NCBI RefSeq assembly: GCF_000195855.1
Contig: NC_002677.1
Span: 3,060,001-3,092,000 of the forward strand
Reading direction: 5' to 3'
DNA length: 32,000 nucleotides
Source of the DNA: Mycobacterium leprae TN
Lineage (GTDB): Bacteria; Actinomycetota; Actinomycetes; Mycobacteriales; Mycobacteriaceae
Shown here: positions 1 through 10,375 of the stretch, piece after piece
Layout: each line of letters opens with the position of its first letter
Numbering within the stretch: position 1 is the first letter of the stretch
The notes under the pieces: generated by a model
Databases searched by the model: none
Told to the model about the DNA's origin: nothing
Seen by the model: the letters and a program-made list of their open reading frames with translations, nothing else
Program-made: the position numbers and the translations under genes

Positions 1-1
1 G

Positions 2-328
2 TCAATGGCCGGCATTGCGGGCAACCGCGGTCAGACGAACTACGCCACCGCTAAGGCCGGGGTGATTGGTCTCACCCAAGCACTAGCACCGGGACTGGCC
101 GAGAAGGGCATCACGATCAACGCCGTCGCACCGGGATTCATCGAAACTCAAATGACGGCAGCTATCCCGCTGGCCACCCGCGAGGTAGGACGCCGACTGA
201 ACTCGTTGCTGCAGGGTGGCCTGCCCGTAGATGTTGCTGAGACCATTGCCTACTTCGCTATACCGGCGTCCAACGCGGTGACAGGAAACGTTATTCGTGT
301 ATGTGGCCAGGCAATGCTCGGTGCATGA
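2..328 (+). CDS. fabG4: 3-oxoacyl-[acyl-carrier-protein] reductase, C-terminal part (cut by window start)
   Basis: Open frame from the window edge; SDR motif Y-x3-K ([40 protein letters not shown]) and C-terminus [30 protein letters not shown] typical of mycobacterial FabG4; sits upstream of htdX. Confidence 0.93.
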   Translation, partial: SMAGIAGNRGQTNYATAKAGVIGLTQALAPGLAEKGITINAVAPGFIETQMTAAIPLATREVGRRLNSLLQGGLPVDVAETIAYFAIPASNAVTGNVIRVCGQAMLGA

Positions 329-1428
329 CCTCACCGAATCGTTCCACCCGACGCTAAAACGAAAATCTCTGTGCGAAAACACTTACACCAACATAGTCAG
401 ATCAACCAAATGCTATGATAATTTGGCTGATAATATCGCTTATCATGCATCCTCCTATCGTGGCAGCTGTATAACAAATCATAGTGACCAAAATTTATGG
501 TAGTCAGTGATATTAATGGAGATGCCAACGCTATTGCATTGGCTGATCAAAAGTTGTCAAATTACGCGTGCCACGGTGCAGTCAAACTTTTGAGGCTTCT
601 TACGGCTTTGCAAAGCAGAATATTGCGACATCCAAAGGGTCGTAATAATATCCAAAGAAGTTTGTCGTACCCAATAGAGCAGTGCTGACATCATCGCTAA
701 GACTCACCAAGATTGCGGACAATTCAACGAATACGAGCTCCTCATACCTTTTCCATTGGATGTAATCGTACCAACACCCCGATTCCACCTGCCTGTGCGG
801 AATCCTAGCGTTGGTGGCTACGCGCTTCACCATGTTGCTTGCTAGACGTCTCTTAAAGGATGTAGAGAGAAAAAGAAGAAGACAGCAGGTGTCGTCGTTG
901 CCATGATATCCGGGTCCGGACGGTATAACAGCCGCGAAGAAGAGCTTCGGCGGGATCTTAAGTGCCAGAAAGGAAAAACTTACCACGTGCCAAATTGGAT
1001 ATAGGCTGGGTCGGTGACTGATTGCATGATTTCCTCCGCTGCTGTTTCTCTTCAGGGATCGGAAACCTTAAGTGGTACTTAACTATTTGTGCATCAGTCC
1101 GCTGAGTTGACTAGCACTCTCACTCCAGAAGAACATTGAAACGGCTTGGTGACGGAGTCTCTGATCATGCAAAAGAGTTTCCCTCCAAAATCCTAGAAAT
1201 GCCAAACCAATTCGGTTACCCCGTGAGGATATGTACGCATACCTTACGGATCCGCAAGGACCCTTGGTACACACCCAATGTCAACACCCTGCACAACCTC
1301 GGGTCATATATAATATTGGTGTATGATACTGATGTCATCGAAATTGCCTTCTTGAAGGCTGAACGAACTTGACATTCGGATTCGTCTTACGACGGTTAAG
1401 AAGGCATTTTTCCGTCAAGGAGAACACA

Positions 1429-2271
1429 GTGAACCAGCCAAGCGGCTTGAAGAATATTTTGCGCGCGATCGTCGGGGCATTACCACTTCTGCCCCGGACA
1501 GACCAGCTGCCCAGCCGGACGGTGACCATCGAAGAACTACCCATCGACCACACGAACGTGTCGGCCTATGCGTCGGTTACCGGTCTACGGTACGGCAATC
1601 ACGTGCCGCTGACATACCCGTTCGCGTTGACTTTTCCCGCTATGATGTCCCTGGTGACTGGATTCGACTTCCCCTTCGCCGCAATGGGATCAGTACATAC
1701 AGAGAATCACATCACGCAGTACCGGCCGATCGCTGTGACCGACGTCGTCGGTGTGCAAGTGCATGCCGAGAACCTCCGCGAACACAGAAAGGGCCTGCTG
1801 GTAGACTTAGTTACCGACGTCAGCGTCGGTAACGACACCGCGTGGCATCAGGTGACTACCTTCCTACACCTGCAACGCACCAGCTTGTCCGACGAGCCCA
1901 AACCACCGTCCCAGAAACAGCCCAAACTTCTCCCTCCGAGCGCTGTACTGCAGATCACCCCCAGGCAAATCCGCCGCTACGCCGCTGTCGGCGGTGACCA
2001 CAACCCAATCCACACCAACCCGATCGTTGCCAAGTTATTCGGATTCCCTACTACCATTGCGCACGGGATGTTCAGTGCCGCAGCAGTATTGGCTAACATC
2101 GAAGCTCGACTTCCGGATGCTGTGCACTATTCGGCCCGGTTTGTCAAGCCGGTGGTGTTACCCGCCACCACGGGGCTCTATGTCGACGAAAGCGCTGGCA
2201 ACTGGGACCTCACACTGCGCAATATCGCCAAAGGCTACCCGCACCTGGCAGGTACCGTGCAAGGCGTGTAA
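1429..2271 (+). CDS. htdX: (3R)-hydroxyacyl-thioester dehydratase, MaoC-like/hotdog fold
   Basis: GTG at 1429 in frame with the 1369..2271 ORF, preceded by aaggag; 280 aa starting VNQPSGLKN; hydratase-2 motif GGDHNPIHTNP..AKLFGFPTTIAHGMF. Confidence 0.92.
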   Translation: MNQPSGLKNILRAIVGALPLLPRTDQLPSRTVTIEELPIDHTNVSAYASVTGLRYGNHVPLTYPFALTFPAMMSLVTGFDFPFAAMGSVHTENHITQYRPIAVTDVVGVQVHAENLREHRKGLLVDLVTDVSVGNDTAWHQVTTFLHLQRTSLSDEPKPPSQKQPKLLPPSAVLQITPRQIRRYAAVGGDHNPIHTNPIVAKLFGFPTTIAHGMFSAAAVLANIEARLPDAVHYSARFVKPVVLPATTGLYVDESAGNWDLTLRNIAKGYPHLAGTVQGV

Positions 2272-2277
2272 AGCACA

Positions 2278-2819
2278 CTAATCGGTCTTCGGCGCTGCAT
2301 CGTCGCGAAATCCCCCTAAGCAGTACTGCAGTCTGTACGCGTAAGCCGCGGTTAGCAGAAAACGAGAAAAAGCCAGAATGTGAGGCCGGGCGAGTTCCCA
2401 GACAAAGAGATGGCCGCCCAGATAGGCGAGCCCGGGGTAACCCGCAAGTACCCCGGCTGTACCAGCCAGCGAAACCGCAAGCATATGCAGGTGCGTCCCG
2501 GAAAGCCAATCAACAACACCAACACTACTCCCGCTGCCACGTTGGTGGCCAGCGTCGGGGTAAGCGTTACGCCGGCCTCACCTCCGCGCAAGAACCATGC
2601 GGTCAGCAGCGACTTCAAAACCAGAAGCACGAACACTGAGAACAGGGTGATCCCGCTGGCCAGACGGACCGTTAAGATACTTCGGCCGTTGCCCAGCAAC
2701 ATAACAGAGGGCACCAATGCAAGCAAAAGCCCACAACCCGCCCCGACGCTGACAAGTGCCGATATTGCAGCCCGGTTAGCATCATTGCGACAGCCGGATG
2801 GTTCGGCCAGGCACGCCAA
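2278..2819 (-). pseudogene. Decayed multi-pass membrane protein (two overlapping minus-strand frames)
   Basis: Hydrophobic segments split over frames 2352..2819 (ISALVSVGAGCGLLLALVPSVMLL..., GITLFSVFVLLVLKSLLTAWFL..., NVAAGVVLVLLIGFPG) and 2278..2484 (MLAVSLAGTAGVLAGYPGLAYLGGHLFVWELARPHILAFSRFLLTAAYAY), consistent with one frameshifted gene. Family not identified. Confidence 0.4.
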
Positions 2820-3261
2820 CCATCCGTTTGATCAGCCCAGCAGCCGCATGTGCGGCTAACACGCCAGCCAGCCGGAACAGCGTAAACTGCACCTAGCTCG
2901 CACCAATCGCAGCAGGGTAGCAAGATCTCACGATCGTGGCACGACAGCCGCTTCAGCCACCTGGTCACCTGGCGAATTAGCGGGGAGCGCCTTCCCGACC
3001 TAGGAATGCCCTAGAGCCAATCAGGAGCACTTACAGCACTGCGGACGCAATATTCTTCATGACAATCGCGGTTGTCCGGTTACCACGAACGTATCGTGAG
3101 CACCACGGTGGTCGGCACCTCGGAAGCGGGCAGCGTCGCACGACCAACTGCAAAGGCGTCGCCGATCAGCAACCCCAGCGCGAGGCGGACTGGACTGCTG
3201 GCGATGAGGACTTCGGAAGAGACGGAAAGTTCAGCCACGGCACGAATACGCTAGCCATACG

Positions 3262-3888
3262 CTAGCCAGCAACAATGCTAGGGCCGAAATCTCGATCCGC
3301 GGGTGCGCCCTTGAGGCCGTGCCAGAACAGGTTAATCATCAGCTCGGCGGCCTCATCGACAGCGATGTCACCGGTCGTGAGCCGGGTGGCCATTGCCTCA
3401 CCAGCGCCCACCAGCGCCCCGGCCATTATCTCGTATTCATGGTCCGGTCTTGAGCTGCGAGTGCCTACCCGCATCAACCCAGCCACCAATTCGGTGATCT
3501 GATCGCGTGCTTCACGCACCGTCTGAGCGAACGCCGGCAAGCTCATCGCCTGGATGTACATCACGATCCACGACGCCCGATTCGCGTCGATGTAACGTAG
3601 GAACGACACGATTGTGTTGCGTAGCAAGTCCTTCGGACTCTGCGTGAAGTCGATATCAGCACGCACCATAGCGATGAATCGGCTCATCTCGCGGTTTAGG
3701 CAGGCGCCGAAGAGGTCTTCCTTGGAGCCGTAATACAGATACAGCATTGGCTTGGAAATCTGCGCCTCAGCGGCGATGGCGTCCATCGAGGTCTTGTGGT
3801 AACCGTTGACCGAGAACATCTGCACCGCGGCGTCCAACATTTGCTGCTCGCGAACAGCACGCGGTATCCTCTTTGCACCACCTGCCAT
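3262..3888 (-). CDS. TetR-family transcriptional regulator (Rv0238-like)
   Basis: 208 aa; N-terminal HTH REQQMLDAAVQMFSVNGYHKTSMDAIAAEAQISKPMLYLYYGSKEDLFGACL; C-terminal TetR ligand-binding-like helices. Confidence 0.92.
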   Translation of the reverse strand: MAGGAKRIPRAVREQQMLDAAVQMFSVNGYHKTSMDAIAAEAQISKPMLYLYYGSKEDLFGACLNREMSRFIAMVRADIDFTQSPKDLLRNTIVSFLRYIDANRASWIVMYIQAMSLPAFAQTVREARDQITELVAGLMRVGTRSSRPDHEYEIMAGALVGAGEAMATRLTTGDIAVDEAAELMINLFWHGLKGAPADRDFGPSIVAG

Positions 3889-3957
3889 CGCATGCCCCTT
3901 TAGCGTGGACGCTCTTACTCCAGAGTAAACACCGACGCAGCTGCCACGCAGACTGTG

Positions 3958-5121
3958 CTAGCGCCCGCACCCCGGGCCGGGACCTTTTATGGTGGCTACC
4001 CGCACGACTGAAGCGTCGACGGCCGACATCGCTAATTCGCCCGCGGATACCACCTTCTCTAGCCGGTCCAAGACTGCAGGCACTGTCTGGGTGCTGACCC
4101 ACAGCGCGATGTCGGTGCCAGCTTGCAAGGTGCGTAGCACAGCGTCAGCCAGCCCGTAGCGGTCAGAAATCGCAGCCATGCTGGACACATCGTCACTAAA
4201 GACCGGACCATTGAAAGGTGGGGCCCCGTAGTTAGCGCCAGTGCGCAGCAACTGCACCGCGGCGGGGCTCAAACTCGCTGGGTCGTCACCGGTCAGCCCG
4301 GGAACGTCCAGATGACCGAGCATCACTCCGACCGGGGCATCGGCCACCAACGTCCGGTAAGGAACCAAGTCGTTGGTTTGCAGGTCTTGCAGCGGCGGCG
4401 TGGTGACACCGCCAGTGTGCGAATCTCCCGAACCATGCCCATGACCGGGAAAATGTTTGAGTACAGGCAGCACGCCAGCGTCACGCAGACCCCGCGCGTA
4501 CGCCCCAGCGTAGGCTGTAACGACGGCCGGGTCCGAGCTAAATGAGCGGCCACCGATAACGCTGTCGTCCGGGGCGTCGGTCACGTCGACGACTGGGGCG
4601 AAATCGATGGTGATCCCCAAATCGCGCATCTTGTGACCACGGTCCAGCGCCATGTCGTAGACCTGGTCAACAGTGCTGGTCTGTGCCAGCACCCGAGCCG
4701 AAGGCGCCATACCTATCAGCGACTTCAACCGCGACACCCGACCACCTTCTTCATCGACGCTGACCGCCAGCGGCAGCGGTCCCGGATTGCGGGCGATGTC
4801 TGTCAGCGCGCCGTTGATCAACATCGACAAGTCTGTCCAGCTGCCGATCATGATGCCGCCGACGTGGTGATCGGTGACAACGGCCTTGGCATCGGCCGCA
4901 TCACGTACGCCTACCATCAGCAGCTGGGCCAGCTTGTCGCGGGTGGACAGGGTCCCCGGCACAGATGCCGGGAGATCGACGCACGCCGGTGTCAGCGCGG
5001 CGGCGGTAAGCTCCCCGGCTACGATCGACGCCGAGTCAGGAGCCTGTGCAACATCGTGGCCACAAGTCACCACCAGGGCCGAGGCGGCAGCAAGCACAAT
5101 CAGAGTGCGCGGAAAAGCCAT
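3958..5121 (-). CDS. lpqI: Glycoside hydrolase family 3 lipoprotein, beta-N-acetylhexosaminidase (NagZ type)
   Basis: 387 aa; signal peptide with a possible lipobox (ALVVTC); GH3 motifs EEGGRVSRLK and VLPVLKHFPGHGHGSGDSHTG. Confidence 0.92.
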   Translation of the reverse strand: MAFPRTLIVLAAASALVVTCGHDVAQAPDSASIVAGELTAAALTPACVDLPASVPGTLSTRDKLAQLLMVGVRDAADAKAVVTDHHVGGIMIGSWTDLSMLINGALTDIARNPGPLPLAVSVDEEGGRVSRLKSLIGMAPSARVLAQTSTVDQVYDMALDRGHKMRDLGITIDFAPVVDVTDAPDDSVIGGRSFSSDPAVVTAYAGAYARGLRDAGVLPVLKHFPGHGHGSGDSHTGGVTTPPLQDLQTNDLVPYRTLVADAPVGVMLGHLDVPGLTGDDPASLSPAAVQLLRTGANYGAPPFNGPVFSDDVSSMAAISDRYGLADAVLRTLQAGTDIALWVSTQTVPAVLDRLEKVVSAGELAMSAVDASVVRVATIKGPGPGCGR

Positions 5122-5267
5122 CAGACCATGGTGTCATGGCCGGTATTCGTACGCGCCCCACCCCACCTGGCACCCGCTGACCGGGGTGGGGTGACGACCG
5201 CGTTCATGCTGATCGGTCCTCTGCTAGGTTATCGCTATCCACGATCGCGCACCCCGAGGAGCCATCG

Positions 5268-5441
5268 ATGAGCCGGATCGTTGCGCCCGCAGCCGCCAGC
5301 GTAGTAGTTGGTCTGTTGCTTGGCGCTGCCACAATCTTCGGGATGACATTGATGGTGCAGCAGGACACAAAGCCACCACTGCCCGGGGGCGATCCGCAGT
5401 CCTCAGTACTCAACCGGGTCGAGTACGGCAACCGTACCTAA
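5268..5441 (+). CDS. Small secreted/membrane protein, 57 aa (Rv0236A-like)
   Basis: ATG at 5268 to TAA at 5439-5441: MSRIVAPAAASVVVGLLLGAATIFGMTLMVQQDTKPPLPGGDPQSSVLNRVEYGNRT. Preceded by gagga; directly upstream of aftD on the same strand. Absent from the supplied ORF track because it is short. Confidence 0.85.
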   Translation: MSRIVAPAAASVVVGLLLGAATIFGMTLMVQQDTKPPLPGGDPQSSVLNRVEYGNRT

Positions 5442-5565
5442 TCCGGCGACGATGCGGTCGGGTACGGCGACCCGGGAAGAAGCCGAGCAATCCAGCTCGG
5501 GCCCGGCGGCAGCGGCCACCGAGGCGGGGCCGGTAAAAACGCTGGCGGACTCGTCTGTGGCGGCA

Positions 5566-8500
5566 ATGTCGCGTTGGTGGTTGGTGTTGGTCGGGGTCGT
5601 CGCGGTGGCGTTGACGTTCGCGCAATCCCCGGGACAGATCTCCCCCGATACCAAACTGGACCTAACCACCAACCCGCTACGCTTTCTGGCCCGCGCGACC
5701 AACCTGTGGAATAGCGACCTGCCGTTTGGTCAGGTGCAGAATCAGGCCTACGGCTATCTGTTTCCGCACGGCACCTTCTTTCTCATCGGACAGCTACTGG
5801 GATCACCCGGATGGATAACCCAGCGTTTGTGGTGGGCGCTGCTGCTGACGGCCGGGTTCTGGGGACTACTCCGAGTCGCCGAGACACTGAGCATCGGCAG
5901 TCCAACTTCACGCGCGATTGGCGCGGTAGCGTTTGCGTTATCGCCACGGGTGCTGACCACACTGGGGTCGATCTCGTCGGAAACTCTGCCGATGATGCTG
6001 TCGCCGTGGGTGTTGCTGCCCACGATTCTAGCTTTGCAGGGAGCTCCGGGCAGGTCGGTGCGGACACGTGCCGCGCAGGCGGGGCTGGCGGTCGCGTTGA
6101 TGGGTGCAGTTAACGCCATTGCAACGCTGGCCGGTTGTCTGCCTGCAGTGATCTGGTGGGCTTGTCACCGACCGAACCGCTTGTGGTGGCGTTATACCGG
6201 GTGGTGGCTGTTAGCACTGTGTTTGGCAACGCTGTGGTGGGTGGTGGCACTGGTTCTGCTGCACGGCGTCAGTCCCCCGTTCTTGGACTTCATCGAATCC
6301 TCCGGCGTTACCACGCAATGGTCGTCGTTAGTTGAGATGCTGCGCGGCACCGACAGCTGGACACCCTTCGTGGCACAGACCGCTACCGCGGGCACACCAC
6401 TGGTCACCGAGTCGGTGGCCATCCTGGGCACCTGCCTGGTAGCGGCGGCCGGATTGGCCGGGCTGGCTAGCACTGGGATGCCGGCTCGAGGTCGGCTGGT
6501 AACGATGTTGGTAATCGGAGTGGTATTGCTATCCGCCGGCTACAGCGGTGGGTTGGGCTCGCCGCTGGCGCAGGCGGTGCAGGCGTTCCTGGACTCCAGC
6601 GGCGCAGCACTGCGCAACGTGCACAAACTGGAGTCGGTGATCCGAACCCCGTTCGCATTGGGCATCGCCGGGCTTCTGGGCCGAATCCCCCTACCGGGCA
6701 GCGCGCCGGTATTGGTGTGGCTGAGCTCGTTTGCCCACCCCGAGCGCGACAAACGAGTCGCCGCGACAGTGGCGGTGTTAACCGCACTGTTGGTCAGCAC
6801 CTCGTCAGCGTGGACGGGTCGGCTCACCCCGCCAGGCACGTTCAGTGCGATACCGCAATATTGGCACGACACCAGTGACTGGCTCAGCGAACACAACACG
6901 GGAATACCGACACCTGGACGGGTGCTGGTGGTACCGGGCGCGCCGTTCGCCACTCAGGTGTGGGGCACCAGCCACGACGAGCCGCTGCAGGTGCTCGGCA
7001 ATAGCCCATGGGGAGTGCGCGACTCCATCCCGCTGACTCCGCCGCAGGCTATCCGGGCGCTGGATTCGGTGCAACGGCTATTCGCCTCCGGACGCCCGTC
7101 GGTTGGCCTGGCCGATACCCTTGCCCGCCAAGGCATTTCCTACGTGGTGCTGCGCAACGATCTGGATCCCGACACGTCGCGCTCAGCTCGCCCGATCCTG
7201 GTACACCGGGCCATCGCCGGGTCACCGCAGCTGGAAAAAGTAGCGCAGTTCGGTGCACCAGTGGGCACCAACATGCTCAAAGGTTTCGTTGCCGACAGCG
7301 AATTGCGTCCCTGGTACCCAGCGGTGGAGATCTATCGGGTGGCCGTTAGTGATGGGACCAATCCCGGCAAACCCTACTTCGCCGACACCGACCAACTTCC
7401 CCGCATCGACGGCGGACCCGAAGTGCTGCTGCGTCTTGACGAACGGCGCCGACTACTGGGACAGCCTGCATTAGGTCCGGCGCTGATGACCGCAGACGCC
7501 CAGTTCGCTGGTCTGCCACTACCCAGCCGGGCCGAGGTCACCATAACCGATACCCCGGTAGCACGCGAGACCGACTACGGCCGAGTAGACCAGCACTCGT
7601 CGGCGATCCGCGCAGTTAACGACGCCCGGCATACTTTCAACCGAGTACCCGACTACCCAGTCCCTGGCGCCGAAATGGTATTCGGGGGTTGGAGCGGTGG
7701 CCGGATCACCGCGTCAAGCTCGTCATCGGATGCCACCTCGATGCCCGATGTCGCTCCGGCAACCTCACCGGCCGCCGCCATAGACGGCGACCCGGCGACC
7801 TCGTGGGTGTCCAACGCACTGCAGCCCGCCGTCGGTCAATGGCTGCAAGTCGATTTTGACCACCCGGTAAACAACGCCGTCATCACCGTCACGCCCAGCG
7901 CGACTGCTGTCGGAGCACAAGTTCGGCGCATCGAGATCGAGACCGTCAACGGCACTACCAATTTGCGGGTCGATGAGGCCGGCAAGCCACTAGCAGTGGC
8001 GTTACCCTACGGTGAAACCCCATGGGTGAGGATCACCGCGGCTGCCACCGACGATGGGTCCTCCGGGGTGCAGTTCGGCATCACCGACCTAACGATTACC
8101 CAGTATGACGCGTCCGGATTCGCCCACCCGGTCAATCTACGGCACACCGCGCTGGTTCCCGGATCACCGCCAGGTTGGGCAGTTGCGGGGTGGGACCTGG
8201 GATCGGAATTACTCGGCAGACCGGGCTGCGCTCCGGCGCCCGACAACGTTCGCTGCGCGGCATCGATGACGCTAGCACCAGAAGAACCCGTCAATTTTAG
8301 CCGGACATTAACCGTTCCCTACCCGATATCGGTTACAGCAATGCTGTGGGTGCGACCACGACAGGGCCCTAAGCTGGCGGACCTGATCGCCGAGCCGAAG
8401 ACCACCCGAGCCTACGGTGAAGCCGACACGGTCGACATCCTTGGTTCGGCATATGCGGCCACCGACGGCAATCCGGCCACTTCGTGGACGGCACCGCAAC

Positions 8501-9774
8501 GGGTGGTGCAGCACAAGACCCCTCCGACACTCACCCTCGTCCTTCCGCGGCCCACCGAGGTCAACGGGCTGCGGCTAGCACCCAGCCGGTCGGCACTGCC
8601 CGCGCGTCCGACGCTAGTGGCGGTGAACCTGGGCAATGGCCCACAAGTTCGAGAGTTGCAGGCCGGTGAACCACAGGCGCTTTCGCTGAAGCCCCGAATA
8701 ACCGATACTGTCACGATTAGCCTGCTCGACTGGCACGACGTCATCGACCGCAACGCGCTGGGTTTCGATCAGCTCAAACCACCAGGGCTGGCCGAGGTTA
8801 CGGTGCTCGGGACCGACGGCAACCCAATCGCACCTGCCAACGCCAGCCGCAACCGCATCCGTGAGGTCACAGTAGACTGCGATCACGGACCAATCATCGC
8901 GGTCGCAGGCCGATTTGTGCACACTTCGATCCGGACCACGGCAGCAGCACTGCTGGATGGCGAACCGGTCGCCGCGGTCCCCTGCGAACGCGCCCCTATA
9001 GTACTGCCGGCAGGCCAGCAAGAGTTGTTGATCAGCCCTGGTGCCGCGTTCATCGTGGATGGGGCGCAGTTATCGACTCAGGACGGAACAGAATTGCCCA
9101 GTGCCAGAACAATTTCCGCCGATACCGGCAAGTGGGGTCCCAGTCGGCGCGAGGTGCGCGCCCCCGGGTCGGCCACCTCCCAGGTATTGGTTATGCCCGA
9201 CAGCATCAACCCTGGCTGGGTGGCTCACACCAGTACCGGAGTCCGCTTGATGCCAGTTGCCGTTAACGGATGGCAGCAAGGTTGGCTAGTGCCGGCGGGG
9301 AACCCCGGCACCATCACGCTGACCTTCACCGCTAACTCGCTGTACCGACCTGGCCTGGCGGCGGGGCTGGCATTGCTACCGCTACTGGCCTTGCTTGCCT
9401 TATGGGGCAGGCGAAATGAACGGGCTGCTGACGCGGCAGCGCAACCATGGACACCTGGAGCCTGGTCCGCGGTCGCAGTGTTGTCGGCAGGAGCGGTTAT
9501 CGCCGGCGCAGCCGGGGTTGTTGTGGTCGGTGCCGCTCTCAGTTTGCGGTATGCGTTGCGCCATCAGCAGCGGTGGCGCAACGGCCTTACCGTCGGTTTG
9601 AGCGCAGGTGGGCTGGTTTTAGCCGGCGCAGCGCTGTCCCGACAGCCGTGGCGATCGGTCGACGGATACTCCGGACATTCCGCGAATGTTCAACTACTAG
9701 CATTAATTTCGCTCGCCGCATTGGCCGCATCAGTGGTGTCGCCGCGGTGTGGCAGCACGGGGGTAGCTACTTGA
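5566..9774 (+). CDS. aftD: Alpha-(1->3)-arabinofuranosyltransferase AftD, large multi-pass GT-C enzyme with carbohydrate-binding regions
   Basis: 1440-aa open frame 5452..9774. Conserved N-terminus FAQSPGQISPDTKLDLTTNPLRFLARATNLWNSDLPFGQVQNQAYGYLFPHGTFF. The most plausible start is the internal ATG at 5566 (MSRWWLVLVGVVAVALTF), because the 38 upstream residues are low-complexity. C-terminal TM segments present. Confidence 0.9.
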   Translation: MSRWWLVLVGVVAVALTFAQSPGQISPDTKLDLTTNPLRFLARATNLWNSDLPFGQVQNQAYGYLFPHGTFFLIGQLLGSPGWITQRLWWALLLTAGFWGLLRVAETLSIGSPTSRAIGAVAFALSPRVLTTLGSISSETLPMMLSPWVLLPTILALQGAPGRSVRTRAAQAGLAVALMGAVNAIATLAGCLPAVIWWACHRPNRLWWRYTGWWLLALCLATLWWVVALVLLHGVSPPFLDFIESSGVTTQWSSLVEMLRGTDSWTPFVAQTATAGTPLVTESVAILGTCLVAAAGLAGLASTGMPARGRLVTMLVIGVVLLSAGYSGGLGSPLAQAVQAFLDSSGAALRNVHKLESVIRTPFALGIAGLLGRIPLPGSAPVLVWLSSFAHPERDKRVAATVAVLTALLVSTSSAWTGRLTPPGTFSAIPQYWHDTSDWLSEHNTGIPTPGRVLVVPGAPFATQVWGTSHDEPLQVLGNSPWGVRDSIPLTPPQAIRALDSVQRLFASGRPSVGLADTLARQGISYVVLRNDLDPDTSRSARPILVHRAIAGSPQLEKVAQFGAPVGTNMLKGFVADSELRPWYPAVEIYRVAVSDGTNPGKPYFADTDQLPRIDGGPEVLLRLDERRRLLGQPALGPALMTADAQFAGLPLPSRAEVTITDTPVARETDYGRVDQHSSAIRAVNDARHTFNRVPDYPVPGAEMVFGGWSGGRITASSSSSDATSMPDVAPATSPAAAIDGDPATSWVSNALQPAVGQWLQVDFDHPVNNAVITVTPSATAVGAQVRRIEIETVNGTTNLRVDEAGKPLAVALPYGETPWVRITAAATDDGSSGVQFGITDLTITQYDASGFAHPVNLRHTALVPGSPPGWAVAGWDLGSELLGRPGCAPAPDNVRCAASMTLAPEEPVNFSRTLTVPYPISVTAMLWVRPRQGPKLADLIAEPKTTRAYGEADTVDILGSAYAATDGNPATSWTAPQRVVQHKTPPTLTLVLPRPTEVNGLRLAPSRSALPARPTLVAVNLGNGPQVRELQAGEPQALSLKPRITDTVTISLLDWHDVIDRNALGFDQLKPPGLAEVTVLGTDGNPIAPANASRNRIREVTVDCDHGPIIAVAGRFVHTSIRTTAAALLDGEPVAAVPCERAPIVLPAGQQELLISPGAAFIVDGAQLSTQDGTELPSARTISADTGKWGPSRREVRAPGSATSQVLVMPDSINPGWVAHTSTGVRLMPVAVNGWQQGWLVPAGNPGTITLTFTANSLYRPGLAAGLALLPLLALLALWGRRNERAADAAAQPWTPGAWSAVAVLSAGAVIAGAAGVVVVGAALSLRYALRHQQRWRNGLTVGLSAGGLVLAGAALSRQPWRSVDGYSGHSANVQLLALISLAALAASVVSPRCGSTGVAT

Positions 9775-9929
9775 CGAGCGATAGCTACACATAGCGTGCA
9801 GTATTTGCAAGTTTATTGACGAATTGCTTTGGTGCACAGGTAAAGTACTTCCTCTAAGTTGCCGACAAACAGGATGGAGCGTGCAACTAGGCAGCAAAGC
9901 GCAGATTTCGTTACACCGAAACAGATGTT

Positions 9930-10375
9930 CGCGCCGCACACGACACCGGAGCTGTGATCCTTCATGACCCGAGACTCGAGTCGGCTACGGGAGTGCCAGG
10001 CACGGTCTACCAGTTGTATTGGCGGGATTTCCACAAAACGGATTTAATTGCCGGGGAGACAATCCCAACCCTCGAAGAACTCCTAGTCACACTCCCAGAT
10101 ATGCGGGCCAACATCGATATCAAAGCTGCCTCGGCAATAAACCCGGCTGTCAACGTCATCGAGCTGATGTATGCGCGCTTTCGGTACTGATCGGTTCGTT
10201 CTCTGATCAGTACCGAAAGCGCGCAGTACGTCTGCTGTCTAATCGGATCCGCCAGCACGGCGGACACGGGTACGTTCCTAGCGTTCCTGGCGGCGCAAAC
10301 GGCCCGCAGCCAGGCAGCTGCTAGGCGGATGTTGCACGACAGTGACTGCTTCCAGTTGCTTGGCTTTGGGGTGTG
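9930..10375 (+). pseudogene. Decayed glycerophosphodiester phosphodiesterase (GDPD) family gene
   Basis: Frameshifted pieces LHDPRLESATGVPGTVYQLYWRDFHKTDLIAGETIPTLEELLVTLPDMRANIDIKAASAINPAVNVIEL then VLIGSFSDQYRKRAVRLLSNRI then TGTFLAFLAAQTA; order matches a GDPD catalytic domain (HDPRLER..G..IPTLEEVL..LPD..NIDIK...VLIGSFSD). Confidence 0.7.
10172..10225. repeat. Perfect inverted repeat, 21-bp arms, 12-nt loop
   Basis: tgcgcgctttcggtactgatc - ggttcgttctct - gatcagtaccgaaagcgcgca. Confidence 0.97.

Noticed and set aside
410-455. atgctatgataa ... ttatcatgcat imperfect inverted repeat
   Set aside because: Contains a one-base bulge and short arms; within chance expectation for AT-rich DNA.
1136-1372. 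78-aa ORF and neighbouring short ORFs between fabG4 and htdX
   Set aside because: No domain or plausible ribosome-binding context; stops are frequent in all frames.
5156-5191. ccccacccc ... ggggtgggg inverted repeat (9-bp arms, 18-nt loop) in the lpqI/Rv0236A-like divergent intergenic region
   Set aside because: Low-complexity, about the length expected by chance; position between divergent promoters is suggestive but not sufficient.
5452-5565. N-terminal 38-residue extension of AftD in the ORF track
   Set aside because: Low-complexity, begins 11 nt after the upstream stop, and is not part of the conserved protein; the start at 5566 is more plausible.
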